From positions 124,001 through 188,000 of the IMG/VR virus record IMGVR_UViG_3300042465_005589: 64,000 nucleotides of DNA, one strand, 5' to 3'. This document shows, one piece after another, positions 56,115 through 64,000 of the stretch (positions within the stretch are counted from its first letter, which is position 1; each line of letters opens with the position of its first letter). The notes beneath the pieces were generated by a model. It saw nothing but the letters and a program-made list of their open reading frames with translations. It was not told the origin of the DNA and ran no database searches. The position numbers were made by a program, and so were the translations under genes.

Positions 56115-56645
56115 TTAATTCATTTGGAAATATCGACTAGAGTATTTAGGTCTGTCAAAAATAATGTTTATACCTGTCTGTGATGTAATGTTGTCCTTAA
56201 AATAATCATTGATACCCCAATTAACTTCATCTTCAACTTCCCATCCGTAATCATCATTGTCTAAAGCATCCTCTAATGTCTTGTGGTCACCACCTACATC
56301 AACATGACCACCCAAATCATCAACCTTAATTTTAACAACAACATTTGGTTCTGAGCTATCTAAATACCAATTACCAATACCAATAACCTCAAAGAAAAAA
56401 TTATAACCACCAAAATTATCTATATGGTGTGGGTTCTGAAGTAATAAGGTTTTAGCAAGTTCTTTCGATTCTTTTTCACCTCTCCACTCAATTAAGTATT
56501 TGTAGGCTTGGTTATAAGTAATGTCACTATCACTATTATCTAACCCAAAAAAAGAAATGAAATTCTTATCTACCTTACCAGCTGTTTTGTCCCAATACTT
56601 AAAAAGTATATTTTTGTATTTAGATTCAGTTATTATTAATTTCAT
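56115..56645 (-). CDS. leader-bearing hypothetical protein
   Basis: MKLIITESKY. Confidence 0.8.
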   Translation of the reverse strand: MKLIITESKYKNILFKYWDKTAGKVDKNFISFFGLDNSDSDITYNQAYKYLIEWRGEKESKELAKTLLLQNPHHIDNFGGYNFFFEVIGIGNWYLDSSEPNVVVKIKVDDLGGHVDVGGDHKTLEDALDNDDYGWEVEDEVNWGINDYFKDNITSQTGINIIFDRPKYSSRYFQMN

Positions 56646-56695
56646 TTATTATTTTGTTTCTTAAATTATAATTATAAATAGTTAAAACTACAGAA

Positions 56696-57046
56696 ATGGC
56701 ACACCCAATAATTCACGCGAAATCATCCGCCAAAAAGTTTGGTGGAATATGGGAAGATTATATCCACTTACATAACTGGCTTGACCACACAAAATCGTGG
56801 TATGGACATTCATTACATAGAATGTTCAGACATCACAGCGAGGGTATATTTGAAATGGAAGAGAAGTTTGGTCCAATGTTTACAAATAGTGACGGAAAGG
56901 TTGTCTATACTCGTTATGTGGGAGAACAACACGTTAAAGAGGATTGTTATAACTACATTCCAACAGCTCGTGAATGGATAATAGCTTTGGATTCCAAAGA
57001 AAAACCTATGTGGATGATTCGAACTATGGAAATTAACGTAGATTAA
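56696..57046 (+). CDS. DUF6915-like protein
   Basis: MAHPIIHAKSSAKKFGG..EDYIHLHNWLD..K...HRMFRHHSEGIFE...VGEQHVKED. Confidence 0.75.
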   Translation: MAHPIIHAKSSAKKFGGIWEDYIHLHNWLDHTKSWYGHSLHRMFRHHSEGIFEMEEKFGPMFTNSDGKVVYTRYVGEQHVKEDCYNYIPTAREWIIALDSKEKPMWMIRTMEINVD

Positions 57047-57068
57047 CATATTTATAATAAAAAGATTT

Positions 57069-57770
57069 ATGACACCACAAATAACAGAAGAACAATTAAA
57101 ATCATTAAAACTTTTCGCATACTACTGTCGTTCACACGGTGCCGAAACTGTTCACAAAGAATATTATATAGAAAATTGTAATTTAGATTGGGAAGAAGAA
57201 AATTTTCAATCACCACAAATACGTACAAGTATCGAAAGTTACTCTAAAATAGATGAAGTTCTTAATGAAATTATTGAAACTAACGAACTAATTGAAAATT
57301 CTACTACAGATTGTGACTTCAGAGGTCAGTTAACCATTGAAATTGATTGTGTTGAAAGAATACTAACTACGGACGCAATGGAGTGGCAATTTTCAAGTAA
57401 TTTTAATGATTTTTCCAAAGACTTAACCGAGATTGCTGAAGATTATACTGAAGAAATATATAATGAAGTTTTAAGATTATTTGAACAAATTGGTGAAGAT
57501 GGTGATGCTGAGTTAACATTTAATGGTGGTGGAGATAGTGGAGCTTTAGATGATTATATTAACATCAATGGGTCCACTGAGAACATTCCAAAACTTATTG
57601 AAGATATGTCGTATCAATGGTTAGAAGAAACCGGTTTAGATTGGTTTAACAATGAAGGTGGTCAAGGTAGATTTGTGTTTAGCCCAAAGGATAATCAAAT
57701 TATATTAGAAGTCGAAACAAACTACGAAGAAGATGTTAATGTTCCTTTAAATTTTAAAATACAATTTTAA
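57069..57770 (+). CDS. DUF6878-like protein
   Basis: LTFNGGGDSG...WFNNEGGQGRF. Confidence 0.7.
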   Translation: MTPQITEEQLKSLKLFAYYCRSHGAETVHKEYYIENCNLDWEEENFQSPQIRTSIESYSKIDEVLNEIIETNELIENSTTDCDFRGQLTIEIDCVERILTTDAMEWQFSSNFNDFSKDLTEIAEDYTEEIYNEVLRLFEQIGEDGDAELTFNGGGDSGALDDYININGSTENIPKLIEDMSYQWLEETGLDWFNNEGGQGRFVFSPKDNQIILEVETNYEEDVNVPLNFKIQF

Positions 57771-57775
57771 AATAC

Positions 57776-57807
57776 AAAAACCCCCCGATTTCTCGAGGGG
57801 TTTTTTT
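57776..57807. terminator. bidirectional intrinsic terminator
   Basis: AAAAACCCCCCGA-TTTC-TCGAGGGGTTTTTTT. Confidence 0.8.
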
Positions 57808-57810
57808 ATA

Positions 57811-57997
57811 GTCAGGTTGGAAGTTCAATAAGTAAATCAAAAAGAGTTTTAAGTTTTGACAAATTAATTTTGAACTGCTGAGTGTTGAGGTTTGAGTACT
57901 TCATCATCATCAAAACGTCGACGACTTTCATAATGAGTTTGTAGGTAATACGGAATAGTCCATATATATTACATTATATCCCTTCCGGACACTGAAC
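57811..57997 (-). ncRNA. candidate structured RNA with heptad repeats downstream of the DIP1984-like gene
   Basis: 5' and 3' ends pair (TCAG/CTGA, GGAAG/CTTCC); about 7 heptads CTCAAAC CTCAACA CTCAGCA GTTCAAAA TTAATTT GTCAAAA CTTAAAA; a 39-aa ORF is an alternative reading. Confidence 0.4.
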
Positions 57998-58434
57998 TAT
58001 ATTTCGGTGATTTGGTTATGGTAATCCAAAATATCTTGAATCTCTTCAATTTGTCCTTCCATATGTTTAACCATCTCGTCTCTCTCAACAATTGAGATTT
58101 CCGTTTCTTTCACAGCAGGTGTCTCACGATTTCTTGAGTAGTAATCTTGGACAATACCCTCATTACAATCCAAGTTTTTAATTCTCGCAATCATAGATTT
58201 CAATTCCGACAATCTAAAAATGTGTTGATACACCAAATCATTTGCTCTGTGGATTTTAGTTTTAAGTTCCACTAACTCATTACTTTTTTGGTTAAGTAAT
58301 TCCATTGATTCTTTAGCCGAATATGGTCTAACATTCCCAACCTCAACTGAGTTGTATGTCGCCACTCTAGTGTGTAAATCTAAAATCTCTTTAACCAATC
58401 GGTTTTTCTCTTTTAAAGCTTTCTTTATGTTCAT
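57997..58434 (-). CDS. DIP1984/septicolysin-like (DUF6847-like) coiled-coil protein
   Basis: MNIKKALKEKNRL...LKTKIHRAN...RLSELK...IQDILDYHNQITEI. Confidence 0.7.
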   Translation of the reverse strand: MNIKKALKEKNRLVKEILDLHTRVATYNSVEVGNVRPYSAKESMELLNQKSNELVELKTKIHRANDLVYQHIFRLSELKSMIARIKNLDCNEGIVQDYYSRNRETPAVKETEISIVERDEMVKHMEGQIEEIQDILDYHNQITEI

Positions 58435-58493
58435 AATAAAATTGTTTTATTGTTTGTTTGTATAGTATAATTATTTTTTATTAAGAAGTCAAA

Positions 58494-58829
58494 TTACCAC
58501 ACCTCATATCCAAAACTTTTATACTCACTACCCCGTAAATCTTTTATATTCTCATTTATTGGTTCTAAAATAAATTTTTCAAAATCGTCCGGTTTCATCA
58601 ATGCCGCCTCAATAAAACCAAAAACAGGTGCCATTTGATTTATGTAAGAAACAAGGTCATTGTCATTGTAAGATTCAGGTATCAAGTTTGTTAGAACAAG
58701 GAAGTACTCCTTTGTAGGATATCCGTAATGTAAATAATAAAAACGATATTCAGGATGTCTCCTCAAGTGAGGAAACTCCTTATATATCTCTTTTAATAAT
58801 AATTGTAAAGGTTTTGGATACGGATTCAT
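58494..58829 (-). CDS. hypothetical protein
   Basis: ATG 4 nt after the promoter at 58834. Confidence 0.75.
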   Translation of the reverse strand: MNPYPKPLQLLLKEIYKEFPHLRRHPEYRFYYLHYGYPTKEYFLVLTNLIPESYNDNDLVSYINQMAPVFGFIEAALMKPDDFEKFILEPINENIKDLRGSEYKSFGYEVW

Positions 58830-58891
58830 AGTACAAAGATAATACTTAATCCCATATAAACAAAAAAAAGGAACTAAATGTTCCTTTTTTT

Positions 58892-59812
58892 TTAATCTAA
58901 TAATTCTATCTCAGTGTTATCATCCGTTAAGTATTTCGGATAAGTTCTTAGTATGTCTTGTTTAATTGTATTTGTAATATTGTTCAATAACTCAGGATTG
59001 TCTCTAAAATTGGAATCCGGTATCATTTTCCTGTCAACCATTTTACCAGCTTTAAGAACTTTGACAGATATTTTAATTTTACCATCAACATCCTCAATGT
59101 CTTTAATCATAAAATTAACTCTGTGAGCATTATCCCCCCAACCTCCACTGATTAATTTTGATTGATTAGTTATTTTATCTTTATCTTTTACAAAGTTTGA
59201 AACTCTACTAGATTTAACCGTTTCAATGTTACGACTTCCTCGAATAAGACCTTCCATCTCATCTTTGGTAATACTCATAACATTTGCATTTAAGTTTGAA
59301 TCAAATTTAACAGGGTTAACCTGACTCATTTGTTTTCTTGTAGAACTTGAATACGTTTCTAATGTTCTGTACCATTGGTCATTAATAAATAAGAACACTG
59401 GATACCACCCATATGATGTAATAACATAATACCAATCATTATTATTATTTACATTCCACTGACCTTCAATATTTGAACCCTTAAACGGCATTCTAGCCGA
59501 CGCATATTCATAAGCCGTATTATTAGTAACTTTTCTCTGTTTGAATTGTCTGAAATCCTTGAAATTCTCGTTTGTTAAATTTTCATAATCCCCTTCCGGT
59601 CTGAAGTTAGCCGTGTATACTTCATAATAAAAATGAGAGTCGTTTGGTGACATTCCAAGTACCGGTAAAATAGACCTTAAAAATTTTAAAAATTCAGGTT
59701 GAGTCTTAGTTTCCCTTTTATGTTTGTCAATATACTTAAATAACATAATTTCCTTTTTAGTTAAAGGACCTTCTTGTTCTTCTCGTAGTATACGTCTAAT
59801 TAGTTCTTTCAT
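58892..59812 (-). CDS. leader-bearing hypothetical protein
   Basis: MKELIRRILREEQE. Confidence 0.8.
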   Translation of the reverse strand: MKELIRRILREEQEGPLTKKEIMLFKYIDKHKRETKTQPEFLKFLRSILPVLGMSPNDSHFYYEVYTANFRPEGDYENLTNENFKDFRQFKQRKVTNNTAYEYASARMPFKGSNIEGQWNVNNNNDWYYVITSYGWYPVFLFINDQWYRTLETYSSSTRKQMSQVNPVKFDSNLNANVMSITKDEMEGLIRGSRNIETVKSSRVSNFVKDKDKITNQSKLISGGWGDNAHRVNFMIKDIEDVDGKIKISVKVLKAGKMVDRKMIPDSNFRDNPELLNNITNTIKQDILRTYPKYLTDDNTEIELLD

Positions 59813-59816
59813 TATA

Positions 59817-60275
59817 TTATTTTAAGAATCTTAATTTATATAATGTGGAATATATTAATTCTTGAACTGTATCAATTTGATTTTGAAGAAATGATTCTTT
59901 CACACTTTTTCTGTTTTTTTCAACCATTGAATCCAATGATTTGAAGTACTTAATAACTTGTTCAGAACTTTTATACTCTTCAGTTTTGATTGAATTGTAT
60001 CCAGTAATCACATCGTGTTTACCTTGATAACTTTCAATAATACCATCTATAAGTGCATCAATCCCTTCATAATACCCTTGTAGAGCCTTATGTTCTGAAT
60101 ATGATTTTGTTTGTAAATGAAAAATGTGTACTTGAGTTTGTGAATGCAATAAAATAGACACCATATCTTTAAACCCTGAATTGGTTTTTGTATCATCTAC
60201 CTCAATTTCACCCTCTTCTTTTTGCTCTCTCATTAAGTTTTTTTTCTTAACTTCTAATAATACATTGTTTCCCAT
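59817..60275 (-). CDS. Dps/ferritin-like four-helix protein (DUF5856-like)
   Basis: LHSQTQVHIFHLQTKSYSEHKALQGYYE.IDALIDGIIESYQG...NQIDTVQELIYSTLYKLRFL. Confidence 0.8.
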   Translation of the reverse strand: MGNNVLLEVKKKNLMREQKEEGEIEVDDTKTNSGFKDMVSILLHSQTQVHIFHLQTKSYSEHKALQGYYEGIDALIDGIIESYQGKHDVITGYNSIKTEEYKSSEQVIKYFKSLDSMVEKNRKSVKESFLQNQIDTVQELIYSTLYKLRFLK

Positions 60276-60317
60276 AATAAAGTTTTACATATAAATATAT
60301 CGTTTAATTGTAATTTA

Positions 60318-60635
60318 TTATTTACCAATTATAATTTCATCGTAATTTAATTTACCCATTCCATCATTGTTTTGGGACTCACCCTTAAATTCATCATACA
60401 TAAATGTTTTTACAACACCAATAATACTTTGTTCTGCTTGAGATATTTTAGATTCCATCCAATCTTCAAGTTGCTCCCCATTTTCCATTTTTTCCCACAT
60501 AGCGTTAGCTAATGTTGCAATAGTAAATAATTGTTGTTTAGCCATGTAAGAACCTTCTTCATGATTCTCGTTAACTGTTCTCATTTTACTAATCAACTTT
60601 TCAAGTTGTTTTTCTGTTAATATAACGTTACCCAT
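60318..60635 (-). CDS. leader-bearing protein with a module common in T4-like aquatic phages
   Basis: MGNVILTEKQL; EGSYMAKQQL...LEDWMESKISQA. Confidence 0.8.
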   Translation of the reverse strand: MGNVILTEKQLEKLISKMRTVNENHEEGSYMAKQQLFTIATLANAMWEKMENGEQLEDWMESKISQAEQSIIGVVKTFMYDEFKGESQNNDGMGKLNYDEIIIGK

Positions 60636-60746
60636 AATTCTTTTATTTATAAATATCCGATTAAACAAAAAACCCCCACTTTATGTGAGGGTTAATTTTG
60701 GACCGACATAAAGTCGGCGACTCCACCATCCTATTTTTAAAGAGAA

Positions 60747-61247
60747 TTAGGAAAACTCAGTTGATGATGATACTCGAAGTCCATCAACTTCTTTATCATA
60801 ATATTTTGACATATCGGTAAAAGGTTTGTAATGAGCCAACTTACTTTGTTCGTCCATATAATTCTTATCCAACACATAACCATCCGGTTGACCCCACTCC
60901 AAAGCCATCTTAATGAACTCTTCGGTGTCTTGTAATTCACCATATTCGTCCACAACTCTACCTGAACGGATGAACTTAAATAGTTCTTCCTTATTAGTGT
61001 AAAATTTGTTATCTTGGAAATTCCATAAGAATTTCCACCCTGAACTTCTTTTACCAATATGAATTTTCATACCATCAAGGAATTCATCCCAAGCAGACCA
61101 TCTCTCATAACCCTTTTCAGTGGTTCTAAATTCATTATAAATGTTTTCCGGACTCCATATGTCCAAATCGTTTATTTGTTCAACCAAGTTAAGGTATTTG
61201 ACTCTAACCTCACTTGCTTTTGGAATTTTGTAATAATTTGTGCTCAT
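60747..61247 (-). CDS. conserved phage hypothetical protein
   Basis: MSTNYY...IHIGKRSSGWKFLW...VVDEYGE. Confidence 0.8.
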   Translation of the reverse strand: MSTNYYKIPKASEVRVKYLNLVEQINDLDIWSPENIYNEFRTTEKGYERWSAWDEFLDGMKIHIGKRSSGWKFLWNFQDNKFYTNKEELFKFIRSGRVVDEYGELQDTEEFIKMALEWGQPDGYVLDKNYMDEQSKLAHYKPFTDMSKYYDKEVDGLRVSSSTEFS

Positions 61248-61256
61248 ACCTTACTA

Positions 61257-61532
61257 TTATTTAGTTACTAATGCTTCTACTTTACTTCTCATATGGTCAG
61301 CCAAGTCGTAATCGTTAACTGATGTAACAATAATTGAATCAACTAAGTATTTGTGTGGGACGTGAATTAAGAAGTCACTCCCGTTGAAGAATGTTAAATC
61401 ATTTTTCAACTCAATACAACCCTGGACCATCTTCAAGAATAATTTGAATTGAATTGCGTCCACGAATGTCTCGTGTAATAGTTTTCCGAACTTTTCGTTC
61501 TCAATTCTAATAGAGTAAGTATTTGTTTTCAT
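61257..61532 (-). CDS. hypothetical protein
   Basis: 91-aa ORF after the promoter at 61553. Confidence 0.8.
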   Translation of the reverse strand: MKTNTYSIRIENEKFGKLLHETFVDAIQFKLFLKMVQGCIELKNDLTFFNGSDFLIHVPHKYLVDSIIVTSVNDYDLADHMRSKVEALVTK

Positions 61533-61590
61533 ATGTTTAATTTTCTATGGGACAAAGATAATACTATTTTTTTAATATACAAATTTTTTT

Positions 61591-61845
61591 TTAATATTCT
61601 GTAATGTTATACATACCACATATTCTATGTGACCTACCAAACTCATCTTTGAATGTTATACATCCATCTTTCTCCACATACTTTTCAGTATAGAAACTTG
61701 TCTCTTGTCGTCTGTTACCCGGAATGGAGATTTCATATAAATGACCCCCCTTTTTTATTCCACTAACCAAATAAACTTTATAACCTACAGAGGTTACGAT
61801 AAGTAATAAAATTATCACCATAAAACCTAACACACTATTTCTCAT
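61591..61845 (-). CDS. membrane-anchored hypothetical protein
   Basis: N-terminal hydrophobic helix. Confidence 0.75.
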   Translation of the reverse strand: MRNSVLGFMVIILLLIVTSVGYKVYLVSGIKKGGHLYEISIPGNRRQETSFYTEKYVEKDGCITFKDEFGRSHRICGMYNITEY

Positions 61846-61846
61846 A

Positions 61847-62356
61847 TTATCTAAATTTTTCCATTCTTTTTTTAATCAACTCAGCGGTGTCATAATCTTC
61901 TTCTTCCAAAGCTTTCTTCAAATAAACCTCACATTCAACCTCATTCATTAAGTCAATAGGTTTACCATCAACTTTTTTACCTGTAGTTTCTAATTCATCA
62001 CCAATAGTACCACTAAAACCAGGATTAACACCCATTACTTTTTTAGCCTCTTCATAGTTTTGTCTCCATAAGTCGGATTTATTAGTAAGTAATACATTCC
62101 AATTTACTTTATAAGTGGAACCATCACCACAATCAATATATAAATCAGTCAAAGACCAACCTTTAAGGGTTGCGAATTCTTTTCTATTTTGTTTTAATAT
62201 TGAAACGTAATCACCAACTCGGGTTAGAATCAGTTTATCACCAACCTTCCAATTTTTACATTTTTTCTTTCTATAGTTATCTTTACCTGAACCGTTAACC
62301 CCAATTATCATTAACACTACTAAAATAACCCCCAATATAATCCCTAATACTACCAT
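61847..62356 (-). CDS. membrane-anchored protein with UVR-like C-terminal motif
   Basis: LKKALEEEDYDTAELIKKRM. Confidence 0.75.
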   Translation of the reverse strand: MVVLGIILGVILVVLMIIGVNGSGKDNYRKKKCKNWKVGDKLILTRVGDYVSILKQNRKEFATLKGWSLTDLYIDCGDGSTYKVNWNVLLTNKSDLWRQNYEEAKKVMGVNPGFSGTIGDELETTGKKVDGKPIDLMNEVECEVYLKKALEEEDYDTAELIKKRMEKFR

Positions 62357-62407
62357 AATTTAAGATTTAAATTCCCGACAAAGATAATACTATTTTTAAT
62401 ATAAACA

Positions 62408-62444
62408 AAAAAAACCTCAACAAATTTTACTCTGTTGAGGTTTC
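62408..62444. terminator. intrinsic terminator
   Basis: AAAAAAACCTCAAC-AAATTTTACTCT-GTTGAGGTTT. Confidence 0.7.
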
Positions 62445-62589
62445 AATGTGTCCAACCGTAAGAAAGGGGTTGTTGGCTTATGAGATTATAAATATATCGT
62501 AAAATTAAAAAAGTTAATCTTTTTTATAATTATATTTACAAAAGTATAACTTTTCATACTTTTCGTGATATTTATATATAAAGACAATT

Positions 62590-62742
62590 ATGAAACCAAG
62601 AAAAAACGAAGAAGATAAGAAAATTAAATTCGCTATTAGTTTAGACCCAAAACTTTTTAAGAGAATGGATAATGAAATGATAAACAAATCAAGATTGATT
62701 GAAAATTTATTAAAAGAGTATTATGGAAAGAAAGATTTGTAA
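62590..62742 (+). CDS. ribbon-helix-helix-like small DNA-binding protein (50 aa)
   Basis: Hand-translated MKPRKNEEDKKIKFAISLDPKLFKRMDNEMINKSRLIENLLKEYYGKKDL. Confidence 0.7.
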   Translation: MKPRKNEEDKKIKFAISLDPKLFKRMDNEMINKSRLIENLLKEYYGKKDL

Positions 62743-63397
62743 AAAATGTGGTAAAGAAAAAAATGTTTGTGAATTTTATTCTGACAAAACAACCAAAGAC
62801 GGTAAAAGAGGTTCTTGCAAACTATGTATGTCTTTATACGACAAAAATTGGAAAATAAATAACCCAAATAAGGTATTAGAATTGTCTCGTAAATATAACT
62901 CTGAAAATAAAGAATTAGTAAATATAAAAACGAGAAAATGGCGAGAAAAAAATAAAACTTCAGAAATTATTAGAAATCGTGAGTGGAAAAAACTTAATAA
63001 TGAAAAAATAAAAGAATCAACAAAAAAATGGAGAGAAAAAAATAAAGAAAATATAAAAGAATATAAAAAAAATTATGAAAAATTAAAAATAAAAACAGAT
63101 ATATTATACAAATTAAAAAAAACATTACGAAATACAATATTACGATACCTTAAAAATAAAAGATTTACAACTACCGAAATTATTGGTTGTGATTATGATT
63201 CATTCAAGATTTATTTTGAATCATTATTTACCGAAGGTATGTGTTGGGACAAATTAGGTTCTGAAATCCATATTGACCACATTATTCCATTATCATCAGC
63301 AAAAACAGAAGATGAGTTATATAAATTAAATCATTATACTAATCTTCAACCATTATGGGCGAAAGATAATTTAATAAAAGGTAGTAAATTATTGTAA
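62723..63397 (+). CDS. HNH endonuclease (homing type) with N-terminal Zn ribbon
   Basis: CKKCGKEK...CKLC; HIDHIIPLSSA...NHYTNLQPLWAKDNLIKG. Confidence 0.88.
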   Translation: MERKICKKCGKEKNVCEFYSDKTTKDGKRGSCKLCMSLYDKNWKINNPNKVLELSRKYNSENKELVNIKTRKWREKNKTSEIIRNREWKKLNNEKIKESTKKWREKNKENIKEYKKNYEKLKIKTDILYKLKKTLRNTILRYLKNKRFTTTEIIGCDYDSFKIYFESLFTEGMCWDKLGSEIHIDHIIPLSSAKTEDELYKLNHYTNLQPLWAKDNLIKGSKLL

Positions 63398-63808
63398 AAT
63401 TCTTTTAATTAAACGACATAGTTGGTCATTTTTGTCCTCAAATGGTAGGTTGTTAATATTGAAGTATGAGCACATAGAATGTTCATCACCATCGATAGCA
63501 TTTTCCAAGTCAGGGTTGATTCTCTCATCCGTCTCCATCATAAACACATACATCAATCCTTTAATCTCAGAACCATCACGATTATATCTTTTAACAAATC
63601 CAACTAAATTTAATTTATTATCTAACGTATAATTTGTTTCTTCTTTGAACTCTCTTTGGACCCCATCCATTGGATGTTCATCGTTTTCCAAATGACCACA
63701 AGGTATACTCCATTGTCCGGGCAAAGTACCTGTAGCATTTCTTTTACAAAGTAATACTTCATCACCACATTTAACAATTACACCGGAATATCGTTTAACT
63801 TCTTTCAT
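63389..63808 (-). CDS. Nudix hydrolase
   Basis: WSIPCGHLENDEHPMDGVQREFKEET (Nudix box). Confidence 0.9.
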   Translation of the reverse strand: MKEVKRYSGVIVKCGDEVLLCKRNATGTLPGQWSIPCGHLENDEHPMDGVQREFKEETNYTLDNKLNLVGFVKRYNRDGSEIKGLMYVFMMETDERINPDLENAIDGDEHSMCSYFNINNLPFEDKNDQLCRLIKRILQ

Positions 63809-63837
63809 TTTATATTTTTTTGTGTATTTATAAGTAT

Positions 63838-64000
63838 ATGGAACTAACTATAAACAAAAATAAATTCAAAGTCAAAACTGTTATATCTCCCAAAGACACT
63901 AGTCGTGGTATGATGAATAAAAGATTTGACGATACTTTTAATGGTATGTTATTTATTATGTCAGATGGTCATCACTGTTTTTGGATGAAGAATTGTATAA
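63838..64000 (+). CDS. DUF192-like protein (3' end outside window)
   Basis: Hand-translated MELTINKNKFKVKTVISPKDTSRGMM...GMLFIM...FWMKNCI. Confidence 0.75.
   Translation, partial: MELTINKNKFKVKTVISPKDTSRGMMNKRFDDTFNGMLFIMSDGHHCFWMKNCI

Noticed and set aside
1476-62444. Recurrent AAAAACCCC...GGGGTTTT hairpins as a mobile repeat family or integron attC sites
   Set aside because: Loops and stems differ between copies and their positions match ordinary, often bidirectional, intrinsic terminators. No integrase is present.
1889-63632. About 60 short track ORFs antisense to or nested in longer genes (e.g. 3332, 4285, 16844, 29173, 37964, 46213, 49624, 56813)
   Set aside because: They overlap better-supported genes and lack promoters, motifs or coupling.

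Overview
This is a 64-kb, AT-rich, gene-dense accessory segment of a large lytic tailed dsDNA phage (jumbo or T4-like gene content). The host is probably Bacteroidota: there are about 17 TAnnTTTG sigma-70 promoters, plus Bacteroidota-type ClpP, DUF2452-like and MqsA-like genes. I saw no capsid, terminase, polymerase, integrase, cas, reverse transcriptase, tRNA or rRNA gene. Recognisable genes are an FKBP PPIase, ThyA, a TagD-like cytidylyltransferase, ClpP, a LamG tail-type protein, a GmrSD-like DUF262-HNH nuclease, a ParB-like protein, a flavodoxin-fold reductase, an ADP-ribosyltransferase-like protein, a T5orf172 nuclease, an LpxH-like phosphoesterase with a GT2, an SPFH protein, an HD (ppGpp hydrolase-like) protein, a DnaJ-type Zn-finger protein, DUF6915/DUF6878, a DIP1984-like protein, a Dps-like protein, an HNH endonuclease, a Nudix hydrolase and DUF192. 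The top observation is a translated CRISPR-like array at 5981-6457. It has seven near-identical 36-nt repeats plus one partial repeat, separated by seven unrelated 30-nt spacers. All spacers are in frame inside one gene, the repeat boundaries ignore codon boundaries, and repeat decay is polarised. An older sister gene (18512-19918) has 17 units of the same 12-constant + ~10-variable residue design. Together they suggest an undescribed repeat-spacer protein diversification system. Other highlights: about 30 genes share a capsid-targeting-like MKIIITE leader behind a TATTTAT promoter motif; there is an ArfA-like peptide; a heptad-repeat structured RNA candidate follows the DIP1984-like gene; G-rich repeats flank a nuclease cassette; and there is a G-quadruplex-containing, coding-poor region. 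All family assignments come from motif recognition by eye, not from database searches.
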